A stretch of 64,000 nt of DNA from Alphaproteobacteria bacterium. GTDB taxonomy: Bacteria; Pseudomonadota; Alphaproteobacteria; GCA-2731375. A program made the position numbers and the translations under genes. Below the pieces are notes generated by a model, which did not search any database, was not told the DNA's origin, and saw only the letters and a list, made by a program, of their open reading frames with translations. Location of the stretch: the NCBI GenBank assembly GCA_965225945.1, contig CBDDBZ010000020.1, positions 58,368-122,367 on the forward strand. Reading direction: 5' to 3'. Below, one piece after another: positions 53,247 through 63,740 of this stretch (positions are counted from its first letter, which is position 1; each line of letters begins with the position of its first letter).

Positions 53247-54154
53247 GTGCCGCCACCTCTCCCGGCACGGGTTTGGCCTACGGCCTCCAGCGGGTCTGTG
53301 CGGCCTGGGGTTTTGCCCGTTCCTCGTTCTACGCCATGAAATCCCGGCAGCAGGCCACCGCTGAGCGCCCACCAGCAAAGCGCCGGGGACCGAAGCCCTC
53401 GATCTCGGACGAGGCTCTGCTGGTGGCCATCGAGGCCGACCTGGAGGCATCCCCCTGGGAGGGCGAGGGACACCGCAAGGTCTGGGCTCGGCTTCGGGTC
53501 TGTCGTGGCATCCGTGTTTCCCGCAAGCGGGTGCTCCGGGTGATGCGCGAGAACAACCTGCTCTCGCCCCATCGCTGCCGCCGCCGTGGCGGAAATCCCC
53601 ATGTCGGTGAGATCATCACCCATGCCCCCAACCTCATGTGGGGCACGGACGGCGTTCGGGTGTTCACGGTGGACGACGGCTGGGGCTGGATATTCACCGC
53701 CATCGAGCATTGGAACGCCGAGTGCGTCGGCTGGCATGTGTGCAAGCGAGGCGACCGCTTCGCCGCCCTTCAGCCGATCTCCATGGGGCTTGCGAGGCTG
53801 TATGCCTCGACCTCCGCCGGTGCGGCGCGGGGGCTGGCCTTGCGGATGGATCACGGCTCCCAGTATCTGTCGGACCACTTCACCAACCAGATCAAGTTCT
53901 GGGGCATCCAGCCGTCCTACGCCTTCGTCGAACAGCCCCAGACCAACGGCGTCGCCGAGAGGTTCAATCGCACGCTCAAGGAACAGATCATCCATGGCCG
54001 CATCTACCGCAACATCGCGGAGCTGCGGAACGCCGTCCGCGGGTTCGTCGAACAGTACAATGCCCAGTGGATCGTGGAGAAGAACGGCTACCTGAGCCCC
54101 GCTCAAGCTCGTCAGGCGTGGCACACCGCGATGTCACTCAGGCCCGCCGCATGA
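53243..54154 (+). CDS. IS3-family OrfB transposase
   Basis: Identical protein to 22224-23135. Confidence 0.9.
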   Translation: MSAATSPGTGLAYGLQRVCAAWGFARSSFYAMKSRQQATAERPPAKRRGPKPSISDEALLVAIEADLEASPWEGEGHRKVWARLRVCRGIRVSRKRVLRVMRENNLLSPHRCRRRGGNPHVGEIITHAPNLMWGTDGVRVFTVDDGWGWIFTAIEHWNAECVGWHVCKRGDRFAALQPISMGLARLYASTSAGAARGLALRMDHGSQYLSDHFTNQIKFWGIQPSYAFVEQPQTNGVAERFNRTLKEQIIHGRIYRNIAELRNAVRGFVEQYNAQWIVEKNGYLSPAQARQAWHTAMSLRPAA

Positions 54155-54289
54155 GACAAACTTGTGTCCAAGGAACCGGGTGCGATACACTTCGGAGTCT
54201 TTGGATTGGCACACGAACCTTTGAACTACTGGATACTTGGAATTCTAGGTGCTGCATTGAACATTGCCGAGAGGGCGGTTGTCCTCGTG

Positions 54290-54400
54290 ATCCGTTCATA
54301 TCTTTGGCAACGGCAATACAGAACCGCAGAAGCGATCGACCTGCTACAACCTGTTTACGATTGGTTCAGCGACGTCTTCGGCACGCCAGACCTGACAGGC
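54290..54400 (+). pseudogene. C-terminal relic of adenylate cyclase/ATPase-TPR protein
   Basis: LWQRQYRTAEAIDLLQPVYDWFSDVFGTPDL resembles the family tail LW..QG...EA..LL.P.Y.WF.EGF.T.DL. Confidence 0.55.
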
Positions 54401-55724
54401 TGTCGTTCCTCAAAACCTATTCCGCGGCGCGGGCGGGTCCGAGACGAACGACCCGGGCGACAGTGTCGGTCGTTGGACCCGGCGGAAAGATTGCAACGGT
54501 CGCATCGACCGATATGCACAAGCTGAATGTTGGCGCTGTGTTCTTTTTCTCAACGGTGTCGGCGCAGCGGAAACGGGCCGCTCGCTTCTTGCAGCACCTC
54601 CTGGGACAGTGCCGTTGTCGGTCCTTAGGCCGCGAGGCGCTCGTACCGGTGATGAAGTCCTCCAACTTGAGGAAACGCAACCACCTTTCCGCCGTCGGCC
54701 GACTGGACGGGCCGTCCGTCGGGCGTATCCTTCCCGAGCGCCAAGTGCGTGCGAGACCCGTGGTAGTAGGCGAGGTAGGAACAAAGAATCTGTCGGAGAT
54801 GGCGCTCGTTGAGAACAATGACGTGGTCCAGACAATCTCGCCTGATCGAGCCGATTGCCCTTTCGACGAACGGATTTTGCCATGGGCTTCGCGGCGCCGT
54901 CACAACCTCCTCGATGCCCATCGCCTTCAACCGCGCCCGAAACTCCTGACCGTACGCCCCGTCCCGATCACGCATGATATACCGTGGTGCCGTGTCCCAC
55001 GGAAAAACCTCGCGGATCTGCTGCGCCACCCACGCCGTGGTCGGGTGTGCTGTAACACCGACGTGCTCGATGCGCCGCCGTTCGTGGCGTAGCACGATGA
55101 AGACGAACAGAACGGCGAACGTGGCCGTCGGCACCACAAAGAAATCGGCCGAGACGAGGCAGCCGACGTGGTTGTCGAGGAACGTCCGCCACGTCTGCGA
55201 CGGTGGCTTCCGATGCCGCACCATGTACCTCGATACCGTCGCCTCCGATGCCTCGATTCCCAGCTTCATGAGTTCGCCGTGGATGCGAGGAGCGCCCCAC
55301 AAGGGGTTCTCCCGACACATTCGACGGATGAGTTCGCGGACATCCTTGGGCACCGGAGGCCGTCCTGGTTTGCCGCGCCTGGATTTCCAGGTCCAGAATG
55401 CACGAAATCCCCTGCGGTGCCAGCCGATGACGGTTTCCGGTCTTACGATCACCAGCACCTCGCGCCAGCGCGGCCAAAGGCGGGAAAGGATGAACCAGAA
55501 CAAGCGGTCGAGCGTCTGGAGCCGCGGCCGTCGTCTTTCCCGCTTCAGGATTGCCACCTGCTGGCGGAGGGCGAGGTTTTCCAGGTGTAGCGACGCGCGG
55601 CTGAGGAAGCTCTCGCGCAGCGTGGTGGAGAGAATCATGATGGTCGCTTGCATGCCGACGACGGTAGTCGGCAGTGGCCGGAAACGCTATGATTTCTGCG
55701 GCAGATGGGGTTTTGACGAGCACA
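54401..55724 (-). mobile_element. TGT...ACA-ended DDE element (IS481/IS1202-like)
   Basis: Ends TGTCGTTCCTCAAAACC / TGTGCTCGTCAAAACC, internal TGTCGG repeats. Confidence 0.7.
54625..55653 (-). CDS. integrase-core (rve) transposase
   Basis: ENLALRQQ, WGAPRIHGEL, ADFF, RDRDGAYG, PWQNPFVERAIGSIRR. Confidence 0.88.
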   Translation of the reverse strand: MQATIMILSTTLRESFLSRASLHLENLALRQQVAILKRERRRPRLQTLDRLFWFILSRLWPRWREVLVIVRPETVIGWHRRGFRAFWTWKSRRGKPGRPPVPKDVRELIRRMCRENPLWGAPRIHGELMKLGIEASEATVSRYMVRHRKPPSQTWRTFLDNHVGCLVSADFFVVPTATFAVLFVFIVLRHERRRIEHVGVTAHPTTAWVAQQIREVFPWDTAPRYIMRDRDGAYGQEFRARLKAMGIEEVVTAPRSPWQNPFVERAIGSIRRDCLDHVIVLNERHLRQILCSYLAYYHGSRTHLALGKDTPDGRPVQSADGGKVVAFPQVGGLHHRYERLAA

Positions 55725-55793
55725 GGGCGCGTCGGCCCGCGCGCGGGCCCCTCCTATGGACTACCTGTACGACCTCCGCCGTGCATCCCCAAA

Positions 55794-55841
55794 GGGGTCA
55801 TTGCACGCCGATAGGGGGTCAATGTTCAACGCCGATTGACA
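55794..55841. mobile_element. isolated IS21-type terminus
   Basis: GGGGTCA...ACGCCGAT repeated twice, ending TTGACA. Confidence 0.65.
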
Positions 55842-56383
55842 TCGCAGAGGCGTTGCGGCCGACGGCCGAACGGCTCGACCGGATCGTCGGCGCCTCGAAG
55901 GAGGTCACGATGGCGCCGCCCGGCCTCTCCGCCTGGGCGAGGGCCCAGCGGGTGCTGCAGCCCTGGGAGGCCTGGCTCACATTCCGCGACTGGCTGGACC
56001 GGCGCAATCCGCGCATGGCCTATTCGGTCGCGCGCAATCTCGTCCGGGGCGCGGACATCGCCGAAGGAGACCGGCTCTGGGCTTCGATGATGCGGGCGGA
56101 GGCGCGGGCCCGTCTCGTCTACCTGTTGCCGCCGGGCACGGTGCTCTGCCTGCCGACCACGCCCTTCCCCGCCCCGCCGAAGGGCCTGTCGATATCGGAA
56201 CAGGAGGCGCTGAGGACTCGCATTTCCGTGCTCGCGAGCAATGGCGGCCTCACCGGCGTGCCGCAGGTCAACCTGCCAGGCGCGACCGTGGACGGCCTGC
56301 CGGTCGGGCTTTCCATCCTCGGCGGCCACGGAACCGATACCAGCCTCGTCGCGCTGGCACTCGCAATGGAGCGTGCAGAATGA
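55842..56383 (+). pseudogene. amidase C-terminal fragment
   Basis: LCLPTTP, GLTGVPQVNLP, LPVGLSILG...D..L; N-terminus removed at IS21 end. Confidence 0.8.
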
Positions 56384-56783
56384 CCGACATGACGCCCAAT
56401 ATCCCGGAAGTGGTGGCGGAGGTCCGCGCACGCTTCGAAGCCTACGAAGCGGCGCTCGAGACGAAGGATGTCGAGGTCCTCGACGCGACCTTCTGGGAGA
56501 GCCCGCACACCATCCGCTACGCCCTGCACGAGAACGGCTACGGCTTCGCCGAGATCCACGCGCATCGCGTCGCCCGCCAGCCGGGGCCGGGCATCAAGGA
56601 AGAACGGCGGGGGCTGGAAATCCTGACGCTCGGGCGCGACTACGCCGTGGTCAATCTGGAGTTCAAGGTCCGCGGCGCGACCTCATCGGGCGGCAGAGCC
56701 AGACCTGGGCCCGCTTCCCCGATTTCGGCTGGAAGGTCGTGGCCGCGCATGTGTCCACGGTCAGCGAAACGCCCTTCTGGTAG
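56380..56783 (+). pseudogene. AtzH/HpxZ-like (DUF3225) protein, frameshift near 56677
   Basis: YEAAL...FWESPHTIRY..., then GRQSQTW...GWKVVAAHVS in the next frame. Confidence 0.85.
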
Positions 56784-56799
56784 GCGCGGACCGGCGGCC

Positions 56800-57738
56800 T
56801 CAGAACGCCCGGTGCAGCAGGGATTCTCCGTCCCGATACCGCCTCAGGTTCTCCAGCCAGATTTCCGCGACGCGCTCGGCATAGAGCGGGCTGAGCGACC
56901 CGTTATGCGGCGTGATGAACAGGTTCGGAATGTCCCAGAGGTTGCTCTCGGCGGGCCAGGGCTCGACGGGCATCACATCCAGGAACGCCGCTGCGATCCC
57001 CCCCAAGGCAAGCGCGTCGCGGAGCGCATCGACATCGACCAGCGCGCCGCGCCCGACATTGACGAGCACCGCCGTGTCCTTCATGCGCGCCAGCGCCGCC
57101 CGGTCCACCATGCCGGCGGTGTCGTCCGCGATCGGCACGGCGAGGACCACGAAATCCGCATCCGGCAGGAACGCCGCGAAGTCGGCCAGCACCCCCTGCC
57201 GGTCAACGCCCGGCACAGGCTCGGCGGACCGCCTTAAGCCGTGGACCGTCATGCCGAACGCCTTGGCATAGTGCGCGACGCGGCTGCCGATGCCGCCGAG
57301 CCCGACGATGAGCACAGTCGTCGCGCTCAGACCGGGCAGCATGAGCTTGTCCCATCTGTGGGCGCGTTGCCCCTCGTGGAATTCGCTGAGGCGCTTCGCC
57401 CCCCACATCAGCCCGGCGAAGGCGAGCTCGGCCACTTCCGGCGCATTGGCGCCGGGGCTGTGGGTGACCGGCACGCCCTTCGCGCGCATTTCGTCGTAGA
57501 AGCGCCCGTCTATGCCGGCGTCTTCCGTATGCGCCCATTTCGGCGGTGTTATCGAGAGCATGTCGTCCACGAAGCTCTCCGTATAGGCGACGCCGGCATA
57601 GACGATGGCGTCCGAGCCTTCGGGCGCCACGGTCCATGCGCCGCTTTCGTCGGTCAGCGCCCATTCTATGTCGGGGCAGACGGCCGCCGCAGCCTCGGCC
57701 ACCCGGTCGTGGAAGTCCCGCGCCGCTGCAATCTTCAT
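56800..57738 (-). CDS. D-2-hydroxyacid dehydrogenase
   Basis: GLGGIG, NVGRG, LDV..EP, ITPH. Confidence 0.93.
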   Translation of the reverse strand: MKIAAARDFHDRVAEAAAAVCPDIEWALTDESGAWTVAPEGSDAIVYAGVAYTESFVDDMLSITPPKWAHTEDAGIDGRFYDEMRAKGVPVTHSPGANAPEVAELAFAGLMWGAKRLSEFHEGQRAHRWDKLMLPGLSATTVLIVGLGGIGSRVAHYAKAFGMTVHGLRRSAEPVPGVDRQGVLADFAAFLPDADFVVLAVPIADDTAGMVDRAALARMKDTAVLVNVGRGALVDVDALRDALALGGIAAAFLDVMPVEPWPAESNLWDIPNLFITPHNGSLSPLYAERVAEIWLENLRRYRDGESLLHRAF

Positions 57739-57860
57739 GGCCCTGCCTCCCTGTCCGAGCCGCCATCATGCCCCATCGGCGCGTCCCGCGTGACCGGGGC
57801 TGGCGGCGTTGTGGGCGGGGGCGGGGGCGGCGGCGCTTATCGTGCCTCGCAAGGGCATTG

Positions 57861-58296
57861 TCATGTATGGACGCCCCCGGTGTTGCAAGGGGAAAACTGA
57901 TTTGAATCGGCGGTAGAGCTTGCAGTCATGTATCCGGCCTTTTCTCTGCGGTACGCTGACCGCTGGCCCTGATGGAATCCGAAAGATCGACGCCCAGTCA
58001 TGTATGGACGCCCCCGGTGTTGCAAGGGGAAAACTGATTGGAATCGGCGGTAGAGCTTGCAGTCATGTATCCGGCCTTTTCTCTGCGGTACGCTGACCGC
58101 TGGCCCTGATGGAATCCGAAAGATCGACGCCCAGTCATGTATGGACGCCCCCGGTGTTGCAAGGGGAAAACTGATTTGAATCGGCGGTAGAGCTTGCAGT
58201 CATGTATCCGGCCTTTTCTCTGCGGTACGCTGACCGCTGGCCCTGATGGAATCCGAAAGATCGACGCCCAGTCATGTATGGACGCCCCCGGTGTTG
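57861..58296 (-). repeat. 3.2 tandem 137-bp units resembling an IS110/IS1111 right end
   Basis: Units start at 57861, 57998, 58135, 58272 (partial); one substitution in unit 2. Confidence 0.9.
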
Positions 58297-59714
58297 GGGT
58301 CAAGTCCGGATTCTGCTGGGAATTTTCTCCGGGGTTGCCTCCGTCGAGGCCTGTTCTGGTAGTTCCAGCTGGGCTTGGTATTCCTGATCGAGTTCCTTCC
58401 TGACGGCGTCCATCTGGCGCCGCTCGAAGACGGTGACCTTGACTGCTTTCCATCGCTCGGCGGCGCGGCTCATGGCACCGAACATGAGCTTCAGTACCGC
58501 CTTTTCGCCGAAGGCGTTGGGGATAATCTTCAAGCGCCGGCGCTCCTCCCCGAACAATCTCTCCAGCAGGTTGGTGGTGCGGATCGCCCGGCGGTGATTG
58601 ACCGGCATGCGCAGGTGCGCGATGCAGGCCTCGAAATCATCCAGGAAACAGGCCACCGCCGAGGGCAGCTCGCGCTCCCAGTCACGCACCACGCCCTCGG
58701 CCAGATCGCGGGCGATGGCGCGCGAGGGGGCCTGGTAGGCCGCTTGGGCGCGGGCCTTGAACTCCGGCCAGAGATCCTCGGGCACCTTCGCCGCCAAGTT
58801 CCTCATCCGGTGCGCGAGGCAGCGTTGGCGCGCGCTCCTGGGAAAACAAATCTCGATCGCCTTGATAATGCCAGGCGCGCCGTCGGAGGCGATCAGGAGA
58901 GGATCGCCCAGGCCTCGGCTGCGCATGTCCTGGAAGAACGCGGAGACGGTCTCGTTGTCCTCCTTCGAGCCCGCCATCAGATGCAGGAGAACCTTCTTGC
59001 CCTCGAGCGTGAAGCCCCAGGCCGCCAGCACCGGCTCTCGCCTCTGCCCGGCCCGCAGCCGCTCGGCGATGCCGTCGACGAAGAGGTAGGCGATCTCGAA
59101 CTCGCTAAGGTCGCGCTTGGCGAAGCCGAGGTAGTCCGCCCAGAGCCGCTCCCCCATCTCCGAGACCGCCGTGCGCGACAGCAGCAAGCGCCCACTTTCT
59201 TCCCTGAAGGCATCTTCGATGTCGCGCACCGAGAGACCGCGCGCCAGCATCTCCACGGCTAAATCCTCCAGGCCCTCGGAATGACCCTTCAGCTGCGCTC
59301 GCAGATCCGAACGGAACGGTTCGTCCGTCCCGGCGACCTGCGGCGCCGCATACCTGATCCGCCCCTCGGCCGTCTTCAGATGACCTTCGCGCGAACCGTT
59401 CCGGTAACCTCGGCCAGGCTCGGAACCGTGCTCGTAATAGTCCCGGCCCAGGGCGTCGCGCACCTCGGCCTCCAAGCCTTCCTCGATGATCAACCGCGTC
59501 GCCAACCGCACCAATTCACTCTTCGCGTCGACCACGCGGGCGCGCCCTTCGATCAGGTCGTTCAAGGCTTCACGCGTGCGCTCGCTTCCGGGTAGTCTCT
59601 TCGTCATGGAGGTGCCTCCTGTGCTGGGCTGGCGCGCAGCCATGCCCGGGTGGGAATCGACACCTCGAAGGATGCACCTCCTACCAAATTCCCAGCAAGT
59701 CTAGGACTTCACCC
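58297..59714 (-). mobile_element. IS256-family element
   Basis: IRs GGGTCAAGTCCGGATTCTGCTGGGAATTT / GGGTGAAGTCCTAGACTTGCTGGGAATTT; no DR. Confidence 0.88.
58300..59607 (-). CDS. IS256 transposase
   Basis: LFVDGI, SDGAPG, QRCLAH, RTTNLLER. Confidence 0.92.
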   Translation of the reverse strand: MTKRLPGSERTREALNDLIEGRARVVDAKSELVRLATRLIIEEGLEAEVRDALGRDYYEHGSEPGRGYRNGSREGHLKTAEGRIRYAAPQVAGTDEPFRSDLRAQLKGHSEGLEDLAVEMLARGLSVRDIEDAFREESGRLLLSRTAVSEMGERLWADYLGFAKRDLSEFEIAYLFVDGIAERLRAGQRREPVLAAWGFTLEGKKVLLHLMAGSKEDNETVSAFFQDMRSRGLGDPLLIASDGAPGIIKAIEICFPRSARQRCLAHRMRNLAAKVPEDLWPEFKARAQAAYQAPSRAIARDLAEGVVRDWERELPSAVACFLDDFEACIAHLRMPVNHRRAIRTTNLLERLFGEERRRLKIIPNAFGEKAVLKLMFGAMSRAAERWKAVKVTVFERRQMDAVRKELDQEYQAQLELPEQASTEATPEKIPSRIRT

Positions 59715-59841
59715 GCCGAAAGGAAGACGTGATGTCGGAACATCAACCTGAAGAACAAAAGGCTTTGGAACAGGCTACTAAAGTGCCACAAATTCAACAG
59801 AACCCGGGTCGAGCGCCTCAATACGCGAAGCGATAGTTCGA

Positions 59842-60219
59842 GTGATAACCACAGTGGTGGATCGTTTTTTGGAAACCTATTTTGACCCTCAAACAGAGCA
59901 GGCAAGTACATGGATTTTTCGGTTTCTTAGTTCGTTAGGTGGCTCCGTATCGTTTATATTTCTATCTCAAAAAGTAATAGATGCCGATGACCTTTTGAAC
60001 ATAGTCGAAAAAATTAAGGAATTTGGTGCTAATGCAACGTCAGTGATGGCAGTTATAATGATTTCACTAGGATCAATGCAAGCAATGAAACTACTAGCTC
60101 CGGTTTTTCTATCACTTGCAATGGCTTCTGCAATTACTAAAGGTAGCTCTATGCGTCTATTTCTTTCAGGCTTCTTCATCACAGCATTACTATTCAGTGT
60201 GGGGTCTTTAGCCGCATAA
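59842..60219 (+). CDS. low-GC multi-TM hypothetical protein (possibly frameshifted from ATG 59732)
   Basis: AT-rich, several hydrophobic segments. Confidence 0.5.
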   Translation: MITTVVDRFLETYFDPQTEQASTWIFRFLSSLGGSVSFIFLSQKVIDADDLLNIVEKIKEFGANATSVMAVIMISLGSMQAMKLLAPVFLSLAMASAITKGSSMRLFLSGFFITALLFSVGSLAA

Positions 60220-60261
60220 TTGCCGGCCGCCAGTTAGGGAACTAATCCGGATAAGGAGGAC

Positions 60262-60319
60262 ATGAGCCGACACCACACCCACCTGAATGCTCGCCGCTGG
60301 GCCGCCGTGAGCTGGGCCG
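60262..60319 (+). pseudogene. HNH endonuclease N-terminal stub
   Basis: AAGGAGG RBS then MSRHHTHLNARRWAAVSWAV, similar to HHRRLSYKRWQSTRHAV of 28039; cut by IS3. Confidence 0.55.
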
Positions 60320-60392
60320 TGTCCGTCATCAAAACAAATGGGACTGTTGAGCGTGTTTCATAAGGGAGGATCTGGCTCATCTTTGTTTGATG

Positions 60393-61366
60393 TTAAGCCG
60401 CTTGGCGTTGATGGTTCAAGCGGCGGTTTTGGGTGGTCAGTGTTTTGATCCTTTTTCTCTTTTCGATGATGGCGGTGTGGCGTCCAAAGTAGGCGTCGGC
60501 TGGAGTTACGTTGCCGATGCTCTCGTGGTAGCGTTGGTTATTGTAGTGATCGACGAAGGCGCTGATCTGGTTTTCGAGATCGCCGGGTAGATAATAATTT
60601 TCAAGCAGGATCCGGTTCTTCAGCGTTTGATGCCAGCGCTCGATCTTGCCCTGGGTTTGCGGGTGATACGGTGCGCCCCGAACGTGATCCATACCGTGGT
60701 CCTCGAGCCATTCAGCCAGATCGCCGGAGATATAGGACGAGCCGTTGTCGCTGAGCAGCCTCGGCTTGTGGACGACATTGGCGCGATTGCAGCCTGAGGC
60801 TTCTAGCGCCAACTTCAGTGTTGCCGTCACATCGTCCGCCGTCATGTTGGTGCAGAGCTTCCAAGCAATGATGTAGCGGGAATAGTCGTCCAGGATGGTC
60901 GACAGGTAAAACCAGCCCCAGCCGATGACCTTGAGATAGGTGAATGCCACAGCTGGTTCGGCGCCGTGGTCTTGTCGCGGAACTCATCGGCTGCCTTGAT
61001 GACCACGAAAGCGGGGCTGGTGATCAGGCCGTGGGCCTTGAGAAGCCGGTAAACCGAGGCTTCCGAGACAAAGTAGCCCCTGGTGTCCGTAAACCTGACG
61101 GCCAGTTCCCGGGGCGACAGTTGCGTCTCCTCCAGGGCAAGATCGATGATCTGCCCCCGGACATCATCCGGGATCCGGTTCCACACCCGGCCCGGGCTGC
61201 TGTTGCGATCCTCAAGACCGGCGTCGCCAAAGGCCAGGAAGCGATCGTACCAGCGATAAAAGGTGGTCTTCGGAATGCCCAGCTTGTCCAAAGTGGACCC
61301 GACGCCCAGGTGGGACTGTTCGACCAGGCGGATGATCTCCAGCTTCTCGGATGCGCGATACCTCAT
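60393..61366 (-). pseudogene. IS3 OrfB, small deletion near 60945 removes first catalytic Asp
   Basis: NQLW|FTYLK (QTD lost), LSDNGSSY, GKIERWH. Confidence 0.85.
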
Positions 61367-61558
61367 TCCTCGTCTTCCCCATGCCCGATCATGTTTTTTT
61401 GAGAAGACGGTTCTCCAGCGAAAGTTCGGCGACCAACGCCTTCAAGTCGCGAATCTCCTGGCGCAGGCCTTTAACCTCGCCCGAGGTCGCTTGGCGCCCG
61501 GTGTCGCCGGCGAGCCGCTTCTTGCCGCTTCCAAAAACTCTTTCGACCAGCTGTAATA

Positions 61559-63476
61559 GTTACGGTAGGAATGCGCATTGCTGCGCACCCCCCGCGCAGA
61601 TCCGGACGTGGTCGTTGAACCATCCGGCTCCTACCTCGGGTGCTTGACGGCAAACCGCTGGTCCGGCCATGGGTGGCGGATGGAGGCGCGTGGCCACAGG
61701 ATTTCGGTCATGCGCTCCAGTCGCTTCCAACTAAATCGGGCTCGCTGGGACCGGCGGCGTAGCGCCCGCATCCACCGGCGTTGCAGCCTGCGGAGGAACG
61801 CACGGATGAACCGGCCTGACCCTGGGACGGCAAAGTAGTTGAGCCAGCCATTGCAGACTCGCCCCAGCCACCTACCAACTTCCCAGATGTCGTGGTGCCA
61901 GCGCTTGCGGAGCACCTCGTCGATGCGCGCCAGGGTCCTGTTGACCCGTTTGGCGACCGGTTTGCGACCAAGCCGAAAGCGTCCTCTCAGGGTCGTCGTG
62001 CAATAGTGCGTGAGGCCCAGAAAGTCGAAAGTCTCCGGCTTGCCCACCCCGCGCTGGCGCCGGTTCAAATCCGCGAACCGGCCAAACTCCACGAGGCGGG
62101 TCTTGTCCTGGTGGAGGCTGAGACCGAACCGGGCCAGCCTCTCCCGAACGTCGCGGAGGTACCGCTCCGCATCCCGCTTGTGTTGGAACCCGACAACGAT
62201 ATCGTCAGCGTAACGGACGATGATCGCTTCGCCATCCGGGACGTTCGGGCGCCATTTCTTGTGGAACCACAAGTCGAGCACGTAATGCAGGAACACGTTC
62301 GCCAAGACGGGGGAGACTATTGCCCCCTGCGGCGTGCCCATGCCCGCGTCTGTCCATGATCCACCGTCCATGACGCCAGCGTTCAGCCATTTCCGGATCA
62401 GGCGGATGACCCGCCTGTCGCCGATGCGGTGCTCAAGGAACGTGATCAACCAATCCCGCGGGATTGTGTCGAAGTACGCCCGTAGATCCGCGTCGGCTAT
62501 CCAGCTGACCTTGCGCCGTTCTATCCCGAAGGCCAGGGCGTCGAGCGCATCGTGCGCCCCCGCCCCGGTCGGAACCCGTAACTGAAACCAAGAAACTCCA
62601 CCTCGTAAATCGGTGTCAGGATCACATCCACAACCGCCTTCTGGACGATCTTGTCCTCCAGCGCCGCGATCCCGAGCGGTCGTGTCCCCCCGTCCGGCTT
62701 GGGTATCTCTACCCGCCGAACCGGCGGCGCCCGGTACGCTCCCCCTCTGTGCAGGCGCCGGTGCAGGTCGAGCAGACGCTCTTCCAGACCCTCGCCGTAC
62801 TTGTTCCACGTGACGCCGTCGACGCCCGCCGCAGCGTCCCGCCTCAAGGCGTGGAACGCCCGGTGCAGCGCGTCCGGCGTAATGTGGTGGAAGAGCGCAG
62901 TGAGACGCTCCTTCGGGTTTCTCTCTGCAGCTTTCCGTATCCGGGCCGCCGCCTGTGGCACGCTTGCCCGACACTGGGTTCGGCGCGTGCTTTGGCAATC
63001 CGGATTCCCCTTGGTTGAGGCCCTTTCCTCCGGCGACTCCGCAGAAGCTCGCGCTCCCTTGTTCGCCGCCCTCACAGGTCGTACGGCCTCATCCGACTTC
63101 TTCAAACCGTTCATCATAGGCTTCGGTTTTCTCCATTCCCTACGCGGCCCCTTTACGACAACCGGGGCAGTTTGAAGACCTCCCAGGGTCCCAACAGAAG
63201 GCGTGCGAACGTGCATGGGTTCTCTGACACCGCGGGGCTCGCCGACATCTCACCAAAACGACGCCTGCGATATTGCCTTCGACCGATCTGAAAGCCTCGG
63301 CACCCCGGACCATCGCTTTTACGGTGCTCAATAGCCCTGCCCATCCATGCCGCTACCGACGCTTCGCCTGCCCCCTCACGGGAGCCAACGCACGGCTCGC
63401 GGAGAAACGTGGTTCGGTTACTCCTTCGTTCCGGGGGACTTGCACCCCCTACCTTCTGCCAGTTCGCCTGGCGCAC
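61559..63476 (-). mobile_element. group II intron
   Basis: 5' GTGCG, domain V GAGCCGGATG...CACGTCCGGATC, 3' CCTACCGTAAC; splicing restores orfA EGL|YYSWSKE. Confidence 0.92.
61631..63117 (-). pseudogene. group II intron reverse transcriptase/maturase, frameshift in G-run near 62558, no endonuclease domain
   Basis: AAGVDG, IPKPDGGTRPLG, SYGFRPGRG|HDAL, GTPQG, RYADD, FDFLG. Confidence 0.9.
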
Positions 63477-63653
63477 CAGACCCTCGGCGATGCCCTCGCG
63501 GCGGCACAAGGCGGCGATGCTCTCCTCGCCGCGCAGGCCCGACACCACGATCCGGATCTTCTCCTCAGCCGTATACTGCTTGCGTGTCTTGCGCCGAATT
63601 TCCCGAACCGTTCTCTCCGCCGGGTCGTTCTTGCTCATTGATTTCTGGCTCAT
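63477..63653 (-). pseudogene. IS3 OrfA 5' exon
   Basis: RKQYTAEEKIRIV...SIAALCRREGI. Confidence 0.85.
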
Positions 63654-63740
63654 CTTCGTTCCCTTCGGTCACTACGATGAGCCAAAAATCCTCCGTTATG
63701 CAATTACCTCAATTCGTCCCAAAGGCGCTGACGTCAGACA

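Larger units (their letters stand above)
52770..54189 (+). mobile_element. IS3-family element, copy 2
   Basis: Same ends and ORFs as 22189-23608. Confidence 0.88.
60320..63740 (-). mobile_element. IS3-family element (defective) containing a group II intron
   Basis: IRs TGTCCGTCATCAAAACAAATGGGAC / TGTCTGACGTCAGCGCCTTTGGGAC; A7 slippage site near 61394-61400. Confidence 0.85.

Noticed and set aside
57861-58296. CRISPR array
   Set aside because: Units are 137 bp and essentially identical, with no unique spacers and no cas genes
61631-63117. Retron, DGR or defence RT
   Set aside because: GTGCG start, domain V/VI end and exact exon rejoining identify a group II intron
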